From positions 49,835,916 to 49,899,915 of the forward strand of contig NC_068991.1 in NCBI RefSeq assembly GCF_001194135.2: DNA of 64,000 nucleotides, written 5' to 3'. Under the pieces are notes generated by a model that searched no databases, was not told the origin of the DNA, and worked only from the letters and a program-made list of their open reading frames with translations. Source of the DNA: Octopus bimaculoides (Eukaryota). The translations under genes and the position numbers were made by a program. This document shows, one piece after another, positions 1-11,899 of this stretch (position 1 is its first letter; every line of letters begins with the position of its first letter).

Positions 1-424
1 TACATATACTGTTTTAATGTCTGCTTTTCCATGCTTACATGGAACATTTTGAATTTATTGAGACACATTTTCTATAGCTGGATGAGCTTCCACTTGCCAA
101 CAAAGCAAAGTAATATTTCCCAATAATCAGATATGTTTTACAAAAAGCTGGAATTGAGAAAGACACTCATTGACAGATAGCATGTGATGTCAGTTCAAAA
201 AGACATGCTCCTACCTATACTTCCATTCACAAGGCTTTTGGTTGTGAAGAAGTTACAGAAAAAAAAAAACCATCCAAGAGACTGTACAACACACAAATTG
301 GATAGGTATGAGTCCATGGGTAATTTTAGTTGACTATGTTGGATATGTGAGACTGTATAACTATGAAGAACAGACATTACACGAAATGCTTTGTACGTGG
401 CAGAAAACAAAGGACAACAAACAA

Positions 425-3246
425 CCTATTATTGGTCGCAGTCATTTGACTAAGGCCATGTAATATGGAAGTATAGGATCATAAATACAATACAATTCTA
501 GTACAGAAGAACAATTAGTTCCACATTCAGATAGAGGTCATTACTTACTTTATGTCATGTGGTCTGTACAAGATAAATACATTCAAACATCATTGTTGAT
601 TGAATTTAAAACTTTGCACAAAACAACATTTTCTTCTCACTCTATACCACATCATTCATAGAAAAACAACTAACTTGAGAGCACAGTATGTTTTTCCACT
701 GGAGTTTTCATGACTATGGGCTTGGGTCAGCTGCACAATTTGTTGGCTCACAAGCAGAATGTTTACATGAGATACTACTAATGTGAATGGCTGTTGGCTC
801 ACAATGAGCTCATCCCATTTTTNNNNNNNNNNNNNNNNNNNNNNNNNNNNNNNNNNNNNNNNNNNNNNNNNNNNNNNNNNNNNNNNNNNNNNNNNNNNNN
901 NNNNNNNNNNNNNNNNNNNNNNNNAAATACTCTCCTCATCTGGTAGGCCAAGATGGTGTGGGTGGTGGGGACAACAGTTTACTCACCAACCACTCAAACC
1001 GAGTTACAGTAGCAGGACTTTCCTGGCCTGACCTCAACCTCCCCCAGATACTATGTTTATAATTTTCTAACAGAAATGTAATAACACCCACACCAATTCA
1101 ACCTCTGAACTAGGCTGTGTAACTGATTTCTCTTCAAATCTCTTGTGAATCTTAAAACACAACTAAAACCAGTTTTCTTCACAAAGAATGTCATGCCCTA
1201 CATTTGTGACATTTGCTTTACACAATAACTTACATGGCTGACTGATTCCCGAAAAAATGAATTCTCACATTAAAAAAAAATATCTCCTCACTATAACTTC
1301 TGATAAATCCACACCCAACGAGCACATCATCATCATTTAACGTCCGGTTTCCATGCTAGCATGGGTTGGACGACTTGACCAAGGACTGGCAAACCGGATG
1401 GCTGCACCAGGCTCCAATCTGATCTGGCAAAGTTTCTACAGCTGGATGCCCTTTCTAATGCCAACCACTCCGAGAGTGTAGTGGGTGCTTTTACGTGCCA
1501 CCAGCACAAGGGCCAGTCAGGCGGTACTGGCAATGACCACATTCAAAATAGTGTTTTTTACATGCCACCTGCACAGGAGCCAGTCCAGCGGCACTGGTAG
1601 TGACCTCACTCAAATGTTTTCTAACGTGCCACCAGCACACAAGTGCCAGTGAGGTGATGCTGGTAACGATCACACTCAAATGGTGCTCAGACAGGTACTC
1701 TGGCAATGATCACACTTGGACGGTGCTGTTAGTGCTCCACTGGCACAGGTGCCAGTCATCGAATATTGTTCAATTATTATTTCGATTTCACTTGCCCCAA
1801 CAGGTCTTCGCAAGCAGAGTTTAGTGTCCAATGAAGGAGAGGTTGGCATGGGTGCCAGCCGTCGAATTTGGTTCGATTTTGATTTCACTTGCCTTGACTG
1901 GTCTTTGCAAGCAATCCTTCCCTATTATTGGTTTCAGTCACTTGACTAAGGCCATGTAATATGTAAAGTATAGGATCATAAATACAATGCAATTCTAGTA
2001 CAGAAGAACAATTAGTTCCACATTCAGATAGAGGTCATCACTTACTTTATGTCATGTGGTCTGTACAAGATAAATACATTCAAACATCATTGTTGATTGA
2101 ATTTAAAACTTTGCACAAAACAACATTTTCTTCNNNNNNNNNNNNNNNNNNNNNNNNNNNNNNNNNNNNNNNNNNNNNNNNNNNNNNNNNNNNNNNNNNN
2201 NNNNNNNNNNNNNNNNNNNNNNNNNNNNNNNNNNNNNNNNNNNNNNNNNNNNNNNNNNNNNNNNNNNNNNNNNNNNNNNNNNNNNNNNNNNNNNNNNNNN
2301 NNNNNNNNNNNNNNNNNNNNNNNNNNNNNNNNNNNNNNNNNNNNNNNNNNNNNNNNNNNNNNNNNNNNNNNNNNNNNNNNNNNNNNNNNNNNNNNNNNNN
2401 NNNNNNNNNNNNNNNNNNNNNNNNNNNNNNNNNNNNNAGTGTCCAGTAAATACTCTCCTCATCTGGTAGGCCAAGATGGTGTGGGTGGTGGGGACAACAG
2501 TTTACTCACCAACCACTCAACCATGAAACGTAATACCGAGTTACAGTAGCAGGACTTTCCTGACCTGACCTCAACCTCCCCCAGATACTATGTTTATAAT
2601 TTTCTAACAGAAATGTAATAACACCCACACCAATTCAACCTCTGAACTAGGCTGTGTAACTGATTTCTCTTCAAATCTCTTGTGAATCTTAAAACACAAC
2701 TAAAAACAGTTTTCTTCACAAAGAATGTCATGCCCTACATTTGTCACATCTGCTTTACACAATAACTTACATGGCTGACTGATTTCCCAAAAAATGAATT
2801 CTCACATTAAAAAAAAATATCTCCTCACTATAACTTCTGATAAATCCACACCCAACAAGCACATCCTTCCCTATTATTGGTCTCAGTCACTTGACTAAGG
2901 CCATGTAATATGTAAAATATAGGATCATAAATACAATGCAATTCTAGTACAGAAGAACAATTAGTTCCACATTCAGATAGAGGTCATTACTTACTTTATG
3001 TCATGTGGTCTGTACAAGATAAATACATTCAAACATTATTGTTGATTGAATTTAAAACTTTGCACAATACAACATTTTCTTCTCACTCTATACCACATCA
3101 CTCATAGAAAAACAAACTTGAGTATACAGTATGTTTTCCACTGGAGTTTTCATGACTATGGGCTTGGGTTAGCTGCACAATTTGTTGGCCCACAAGCAAG
3201 ATGTTTACATGAGACACTACTCATGTGAATGGCCATTGGCTCACAA
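425..3246. repeat. Tandem triplication of a ~0.95-kb unit (copies start at 425, 1921 and 2870; the third is truncated). Content is possibly a degenerate LINE RT on the minus strand.
   Basis: cctattattgg..ttgactaaggccatgtaatat.. recurs at 425, 1921 and 2870, and the block 925-1325 recurs at 2447-2865. Copies differ by SNPs and by a ~14-bp indel near 2521-2535. Minus-strand translation of ~1100-1230 gives a weak KANVTNVGHDIL..TQPSSEVEL resemblance to a LINE RT. Confidence 0.85.
1329..1913 (-). mobile_element. Non-autonomous retroelement with an (ATG)n tail and internal subrepeats
   Basis: Reads catcatcatttaacgtcc..gcatgggttgga on +, so the (ATG)n tail is on -. It has internal tggcaa(c/t)ga(c/t)cac subrepeats. 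Relatives lie at 15645-16010 and 26585-26990, and the empty site is visible at 2858-2871. Confidence 0.8.
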
Positions 3247-3377
3247 CTTACATACATATATATGTGTGAATACATGTCTATGTATATATACATATATGTA
3301 TATATGTATGGATATGTATATATAAAGGAGGCTGTGCATGTTGTGTGCATTTATACATATACAAGTGTATGTGCATG

Positions 3378-3381
<4 letters not shown>

Positions 3382-3471
<90 letters not shown>
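3382..3471. repeat. (TG)n microsatellite
   Basis: Direct reading. Similar (TG)n/(CA)n tracts occur near 9815, 10022, 10490, 19645, 28742, 53230, 56667 and 56845. Confidence 0.95.
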
Positions 3472-3473
<2 letters not shown>

Positions 3474-4589
3474 GTCTACATCTATATTCTTTCATTTCAG
3501 TCATCTGACTACAGCCATGCTGGAGCACCAACTTTAGTCGAACAAATTGACCCCAGGGTTTATCTTGGTTACTGGAGATAGGATAGGATGTCATTCTGAT
3601 GATGACTACTGAGACAACTGTCCTCTTATCTCCAGACATAAAAACATGTACTTTTCCTTACTGGTATGTTAGCTTTAGAGAATTCTTGATTCCTGTGATT
3701 ATCTCCCCTCCTCATATGAAGATGGTCTTAATTGCCAAATGGCAATTATCATACTTCTTCTTGAGGCAGAGATAAGTTTAATAACTCCAGAATTTATGTT
3801 GTATGGTATTTGATATACCTGTATTTGTCTATGTTTACAAGCATGTATACATGCGTATATAATGAGTTTCCTCATTGTTTTCATCTGACATATATTCCAC
3901 CTAAGTATGCATTGATCAGCTTAATGTTACTACAGCAGAGTATGATTGCCTGTAGAAGATTGTATTTTGAAGCCATCTTTTTGACCAAGTAACTGTGTCA
4001 GCTATTATCATCATATATGTACAATGATGATATGGAGGGAATGAGTCAAGGAATCTGAAAATGCTAAGTGAGGCTAAATACATTGAGCATAGAGATGAAA
4101 GATTTAGATTAGAGATATGTACTGAGATGAATTGTAGGAAATAGGGTAATGTTTGTTGTTACAGACTTGTACAGGAAAAGAAGGATAAAATATGAATTAA
4201 AACAAAAACAGAATGTATAAGTAAGATAAGGTAAAAATACATTTCTGCATTTACATTACTTATCAAAATGATGACAACTCATTTCATGTAGGGCACTCAG
4301 TTATATCACAAGAAAAAAAAACAAACAATGAAAGCAGTTTTGTTTTTCTTTACTAAGTGGGGATGCTGTTTTTTTATGCCTGAGATTATTAGATAACTTG
4401 GTGAAAAGCATTTCTCTAAAAAAAAACTTTTCTGATTTACAATAGCAAATGTTTAGCATAATATTAAGGAATATTTCTAAAGAGCAAGATGAATTTGGAA
4501 ACAATTTTGTCTAACTATTTTGAAAGGCTGGAACCAAAGATTCCCAGTATTTTATTAATGTTCATGCATTAAGGGGATTAAAAAGTAAT

Positions 4590-5270
4590 CATTGTCATCA
4601 TTTAACATCTATTTTCCATGCTGGCATGGGTTGGATGGTTTAACAGGAACCAATATGTACAAGGACTGTTTTGAGCTCCAATATCTGCTTTAGCAAAGTT
4701 TTTACAGCTGAGTGCCCTTTCTAATGGCGGGACCAAGTGCTTTACAGAGGGTACAAGTGCTTTTTTTCAAGCCACCTGCACAATTGAACTTGCCATGCAG
4801 TTCACAGGACAAGCCCTGAGATAGGTGGAGCTAAGCTTCATGCCAGGGATGGAGGGACGACTATGAGGGAAGGGTCAGAACATGTTCCTGGAGAGGCATG
4901 GCTACTCACATCTGTTACAAGAAAAGGGATGGGGGAAGAAGAGAAAATTATCAGGAGCTGCAAGGCATAGATAAAAGTAATAAGGTGCCCAGGCAGCCCA
5001 CCCACAAGGCACAAGCTAAGTAGAAGTAGGTGGGTGGTTTGTAAGATATGAGAATGGTGAATGAGTGATGGGGGAAGTCTACCATAATGGATAAGGATGA
5101 AAGGAGGATGAGAGTTATAATGGATAAGGATGAAAGGAGGATGAGTTGAGGATGATACAGGGATGGAGTAGCAGAAGTAGTGAAGATGATACAGTTGCTG
5201 GTGGTAGGGGCAGTAGAATTAGTGCATAGAGGGAGGGAATTGCTGTAACAGGTGGAGAGGCCAAAATATA
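4590..5270 (-). mobile_element. 3' end of an RTE-type LINE: conserved tail plus purine-rich (on +) spacer
   Basis: catcatttaacatctattttccatgctggcatgggttgga tail followed by a GA-rich tract. This is the reverse complement of the architecture at 55340-55865. Confidence 0.55.
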
Positions 5271-6302
5271 GCACTTCCAGAACTCAGTTCTGCTGAGGAA
5301 GACTAAAAACTAATGGTTTTTTTTTTTTTTTTTGACATAAAATTAAGCATCAATTTTGGCTTCTGTTATCTCAATGAATCCTGATGCCTCTCCATTAACC
5401 TTTTAATTAAAAAGTGGCCTTAATTAGTCAACTTACTTCTAAAGCAATGATTGATACAACTGATAAATTATGCAACAGTATTTGCTAGCATATAACATAC
5501 ATTTGCATTTAACAGGCACTATACTTTTGAGAGGGAAATTTCAGAAAATTTTATAAATGTAAGAAGAAAAAAAATTTTTGAATACTCTAGCCAAGTGGTA
5601 TATTTAAAACTATGAATCAGTCCAAAGATCTGTAGTTAAACTTTTATTCCTTTCTTAAAGCTTTGAATTTCATCTTTGCTGCTATCTCGGGAACCAAATT
5701 ATTCTTCACTGCCAGCATCTTTGAAACTTTACAAATACTTTTTTTGCAGCTGTTCTCACCGTCATGAATTATTTACTCTTCCACACCATGCAAAGCATTA
5801 ATAATAGTTCTTTCACAGCATCCCACAATATCTTAAGCCACAGACATTTTCATAACACTGTCTCTTCATGCATGTAGTAGTAGTAGAAGTATATTCATGC
5901 TAAACTAAATCATTCATGCATTTTTGATGCATAAAGGGTTTGTTTACAGAAACATCTATAATGGTAATTATAAGTTAAGGCCTCTAGTATAACTACCAAA
6001 CCAGGAGATGAGATTTAAATTCAAGTACAAGTAGGGCAAAGTTTTTTCATCACTTCCCTGATTGTTTCCTATACCTTTTTAATGCATATTTGATTCAATA
6101 CTGAGTCAGCTATATTTTAGAATAGACATGCACATGTACGCCCCTTAAATATTTTCTCTTTTGAAAGTTTTGCATTCAAGAATTACAAATGGTATTACTA
6201 CTATTGGTCATTCTTGAATGTGAAACTTTATACAATCTCCAGTGATTGCAAAAACACTATAGGGAGTTTTTTATACTTTGAATTTTTCATGATCCTATAT
6301 AT

Positions 6303-6480
6303 AGGTGCAAGCATGGTTGTGTGTTAAGGCACATGCATATGTGTAGTAAAAAGCTTGCTTCCTAACAATGGGATGAGTCTCACTGAATGACACCTTGGGC
6401 AAGTGTCTTCTACTATAGCCCTGGGCCAACCAAACCCTTGTGAATGGATTTGGTAAATGGAAACTGAAAGAAGCCCAATG
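6303..6480 (+). mobile_element. tRNA-derived SINE fragment (ccttgggcaagtgtcttctactatagcc..gaaactgaaagaagccc family)
   Basis: The same core occurs at 25430-25670 (+), 10180-10490 (-), 35020-35445 (-) and 59150-59600 (-). Confidence 0.7.
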
Positions 6481-7663
6481 TGCATTGGAATTGCATGTTA
6501 TATGCCAACAAATATGGTAATTTTATTTCTTAAACTTTACTCATCACATTTATTTTATAATACTGCACAGTAGCTTTTACAGGATTTTTTATCTTTGAAC
6601 TTAGTTGTTTGCTATAAGAATATAAGTTGTTAAAATTTCATGTTATTTAAATTAAAAAAGAACTTTGAACATGTTATTTCCTTATGTCTCTGGAACATTG
6701 ATTTCTTAAGCACAAGGCATCACCTAACAACCTTGCCCTTCTAATAGGGGCTACTAATCATAATAATGCATGTGCACACTTGGTTTTCACTGTAGCAAGG
6801 CATTTTCAGTATTGGGGAGATATTAGCAGAGGTTGAGATAAAAATAACATTGTTTATAACATTATAAAGGGAACATATTCTTTATCATTTTAAATTACAG
6901 TACTGAATATCTAAACTGAAATTACAGCCTAACTTTAGACACATTACTAACAGTGACCCTTAATGTCTTAAAAATTTGAACTCGTTACTACTTGCTTCTT
7001 TTAAAAAGTACTGTGTCCTTTCAAAATTAAAAATATTACAGAAAATGCATTTCTGTATAGAAACCAGAAAGACACCTTGCAAAATGATTTTTTTTTTTTC
7101 TCATTTCATTAATCAAAATATGAATGTACAATAGCTGTTTAAAATTTATACTTTTATTTGTGGCAGTTTGGACAAGATTAACTTTGCAAAACTGGTATGA
7201 CAAGATTGTTGCTTATTAACAAATATAATAATCAATATAGATTAGCATTAAAAGGGTGAATATCAGCTGCTTAGTATCTTCTTTCGTTGAAGCTTAGTGT
7301 TTGACAGAATATGAGAAATATTTGAAGTTTTACTGTTACAATATTAATATAGTTTCATTAATTTCATTTTCCTTCCCATCGTCAATACTTAAGCCAATGT
7401 CTTTTCTAAGGCTTCTATTTATAAAAGTAGCCTTACTTTCTATGACAAGATTAACCCAGATTTGCAGCAAATACAATTGATAATAAAATATCAGTTCTTT
7501 TGATTCTTTCAACACTTGAAATTACAGATAAAATCGAACTAGATTGATTTCAGAACTACCATAGCCAATTTGTAATTCCATTTTTACTGCATTAAAAAAA
7601 ATAAATAGCAATAATTATCATCCAACACTACATGCAATTTAAATATATAAAAAGGTACCCTAC

Positions 7664-7689
7664 CTAGGTTCCAAAATGGTTCTTTTGAA
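7664..7689 (-). CDS. Candidate 26-nt microexon (T-TCA.. frame: SKEPFWNL)
   Basis: Strong acceptor cttttgttcttttctccag and donor CTAG|GTAGGG. A phase-2 entry is open. No homology support. Confidence 0.25.
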
Positions 7690-9816
7690 CTGGAGAAAAG
7701 AACAAAAGTAATGATTAACTCACAGAGGAATAAAAACAAACAAAAAATTTGATCAATAATGCAGAGTGTCATGAAAAAAAACTGATATTTAAGCATTTTA
7801 TAAATGCATACAATTAAATTTAGTTACTAATGATAGTATATTCATAAAAAGTGACAGATTTCTAAACAGACACTAAACCAATGAATAAAAAAAATTAGTG
7901 AAGTTATGAACTAACTATTAATTTAATAATGAATAATTGCAAAATATAATAGCATAGTTAGATAATGAGTGATTAATCAAAGATTAGTAAATTTAGTAAA
8001 ATGTGTTATTTTGCTGAAATACACAAAATTTCTTAAGATAAATTGTCTTCACAGACTCAAAGGAATGCTAAAGCTTAAAAATTTAAAACCTGTAAGAAAA
8101 AGAACTTTAGTGAATTAACTAAATGAAACAGTATGCAAAGAAACAACCAGAGGAAAGAATTTCACCAAAAAGTAATAAAGGGTATTAAATGATGTGAAAA
8201 ACTAGAATTAGATGAACTTAATTAACAATGAACAGTTCATTTACTTTGATCCAGTAAATGAATCAATGTGTAACAAACTTTAAAATTTGTCTTTGGTCAA
8301 TAAGTTATTTCCTATTTGTCTCTGTCTAGAAATCAAAGGAAATGGCTACTATTTACTTCAAACTTTGCTTTTGTGACCTGGGCATCAATGTTTTCAAACA
8401 TATTTTCTATAACATTTCAGACAGATTCAGTGCTGAGTTACTGAAGCAGAACTATTGTTATAACAAATAATCTGCTCAATACCATAGACTTGCTTGTTTG
8501 TTGCTTGACCTTAACCACTTGAGCATGTCTCTTAGTGGTTGACAATATGTCCCTCTGATCATGAGCAGGAGTAGTGGGGGAGCATCATAGCTATGTGTTA
8601 AGAAGGATTCTTTGAGGTTTGAATAAATGTAAAAAAAAGCAAAGTTTGAGGGCAATATTAGCCATTTCTCATATTTTCTAGGGGTAAGCTACCCAAGGAC
8701 AAAAATCATGTTACAGTGTTATTAATGACTTCTAGGTATTTATCCATGAGTTACATTGATTCAAAATATTTTATTTCATATAAAATGATCCTTAATTAAA
8801 GACATTGAACCCTTTATCAAATGTCATTTTATAGAGATTGAAAATCAGTTAAAATAACAATCTGTTTTAAACTTTAGGTATCAATATTTATCTTCTTGTC
8901 AAGTACAGATATTTTCTTAACAATTCAGGGAGATCCCTTAATTAGCTAGCTAGCTTTGAAGGGATTTTCCCAAAGATTAACTTAATTAGAAATATGTTAT
9001 CACCCAACTGCATTCACAGTTGAATATGTCTAAAGGAATAAAGATTCAAGATGGAGGATTTAACCCCATCACCCAGTTTGATATTTTTCTTGTCAATCAC
9101 AAACCACGTAAAAAAAAATTAAGAAACACTTTCAATTTTTTTATCATCATCATCATTATTACTGTAATAAATCAGAAACAACTGATTATTGTACACCAAT
9201 AATTTGTCTAGTGAGAGATATAGTTCTGAAAACCAAAAATACCCACAAAAGGAAAGTGACCACCACCAAAGATTGTTAAATTATTCACACAACAATAAAC
9301 AATAGAATAAATTTAATTTATGCTTTACATAAATTATATTTTTGTCATAATTAGTAAAACTTAATTCTTCTGATGTCTATAAAAAAATGAAAATTTAAAA
9401 TCATCAAATGTAATCTTTTTTTTTGTACTATGTAAGTATGATGCTTCTAATTGAATATGAAAAATCTCTACAACTGTCTCAGAAAATCTACACTGAAGGT
9501 TTTTTGGGGGGTTTTTTTTTTTTTTCTGATAGGCTTGAAGCAAAGGAATATTCCCAGATCTTTATGTCTCTAAAATGAAGAAACACTAGCAGCAGATTTA
9601 AAATCTGCAATACATGGAGGTAGTTCAATGCTTAATTAACTTAGCAGTTCTGACAGTTTCACAGAAATAAATTTACTGTCACTCAAAGACTAAAGAGCAA
9701 TGCTTACAAAATATTTCATAAAATCTTAATGAAACGAAAATTATATTCTGAAACATTGCTCTAGTTAAATGCAATCCTATTGTTATACAACTATACATTA
9801 ACATTAACATTAACAC

Positions 9817-9851
<35 letters not shown>

Positions 9852-10021
9852 CAAATGAAAAAGTGGCACTCAACACATTTGGAAAAAGTTGCATATATCA
9901 TTCATTTAACAACAGTTTTCATTTGGCTCCATGCATTTTAAATGCTATGTTTGTTCAATGAGCCCACAAAAACAAAGTTGCATGGAGCCAAATCAAACTT
10001 ATTAAATAAAAAAAAATGTGA

Positions 10022-10054
<33 letters not shown>

Positions 10055-10486
10055 AGATTGTTTAACATCTATTTTCCATGTTGGCATGGATTGGACTTCA
10101 ACAGGAACTGATGTGCCATACACACACACACACACACATATAAATGCATATATTATATATACATACATACATATGTACATCCATCAATACATACATATAC
10201 ATATGGTGGCTGACTACTCATGACTGAGGAAGACCATCACTGACCATTAAGAACATTGTGCACTCTCAGTTCCTGAGATGTAAACAAACCAATACTGGCT
10301 GTCAAGCAGTGGTGGGAGACAAATACAACACACACATATGATAGGATTCTTTCAGTTTCCATCTACCAAATTTACTAACAAGGCTTTGTTGGTGTGGGTC
10401 TATAGAAGACACTTGCCTAAGGTGTCATGCAGTGGGACTAAACATGTTATTGGGGTGCAAATTTCCTACCACAGAACCACACACAC

Positions 10487-10529
<43 letters not shown>

Positions 10530-11327
10530 CATCCATCTTCTCTGCTCTGCTCACTATTCCTGGGAGGGGTGTGGGGTTCTTAGGTACCTCCTCTGGTCCT
10601 ATCAGAAGCAATTATTAGACTTCCCAGCCAGATTCCCAAGTGTGATCAACTGAGACTAGGGATATTATCCAACTATCTTTGGTCATGAAAGTTGGGAAAT
10701 GACCAAAAGCGTATACACATGCACACATACACCCACATTTATATATATACAATACATGCAATTCCCATGATAGAAAATTATTTTTCAGATGCCAATGATT
10801 TTCTATCTTGGGATTTGCATGCAGGTCATTCAATAAATAATGCAGTTTTTTTAATTGCTTGAACTAAAAGTCAAAGGGGGATGGAATAAACTAGCTGCAT
10901 TAACTTGCTATAAAAGCAGGTAGTAATTTTAGCTTGTACTTATTCTTAGTGCCAGTTTTGAAGAATGCAGTTCCTTTTTAACATTTTTTCAAAACTATAA
11001 TGCAAATTATCTTACATGTATCTGTGGTATATTCAACCACTTATATGCTAGTTCAGTGAGCAGGCAGCGCAGTAGCTCACACAACTGAGTACCAATTATT
11101 GAACTGACAGAGATCCATTTGGTTTTTATATCATTTTAATTATGAAACAAGAAACAATTGTATCTAATGTTTTAATTAATTTCTGTTTTGACAAAATGCA
11201 AACATCTGATTCTTTATGGAGATAGATGAAACAGTTTAAATATTTAGTTATAAGATGTGGCTACTCGCATTACAGTTTAAATATTTCTATTTGCAAAATA
11301 ATGCATTATATCATGGTGATACTTTAG

Positions 11328-11899
11328 TAAAGCGAGTAGCCACATCAAAGTGACAGATGAATGTTGCTACTAGTTTAACCCCAGGCAGATTCTCCACTAG
11401 CTGGTCTTCAGTGCAAGCTCTGCGTCCTTTATATACAATATATCACTAGAAGTGGGAGCGAACCCCAACTACCCTCCAGCAGCTGACAGTCATAAAATCT
11501 CAAAGAGAGTATGTAATGTATACTAAACAGTAAAGTGAGTAGCCATACCGAAGTACTACTCCATAACTTGAGATTTTATAAGTAGCTATTTTGCTTGTTG
11601 CAAATCAGTGACTGGTGGTCACTTTGTTTACAATATATCACTGGCAGAAGTGGATCTTAGCTATCACTCCACTGCGCAGATGCGCACGGCTGATGTGAGC
11701 CAAATAGCTCGAAACTGGCTAGTACCTAGGATCCTGACAGCTGCTGGACGGTAGTAGGGGTTCGCTCTTCCTGCTAGCAATATATTGTATATAAAGGGTG
11801 CAAAGTGTTGTACCGATAACTAGCTGGCGGAGAATCTGCCTGGGGTTAAAATAGTAGTAACATTATTCATCTGCCACTTTGATGTGGCTACGCACTTTA
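11328..11899. mobile_element. MITE or non-autonomous DNA transposon with ~160-bp imperfect TIRs and TA ends
   Basis: taaagcgagtagccacatcaaagtgacagatgaat.. (11328-11489) is the reverse complement of ..attcatctgccactttgatgtggctacgcacttta (11734-11899). An extra left-end-like copy sits at ~11529-11546. Confidence 0.85.

Noticed and set aside
5395-5940. piggyBac-like MITE (gcataaagggtt end)
   Set aside because: I could not establish a matching opposite TIR or an intact TTAA TSD.
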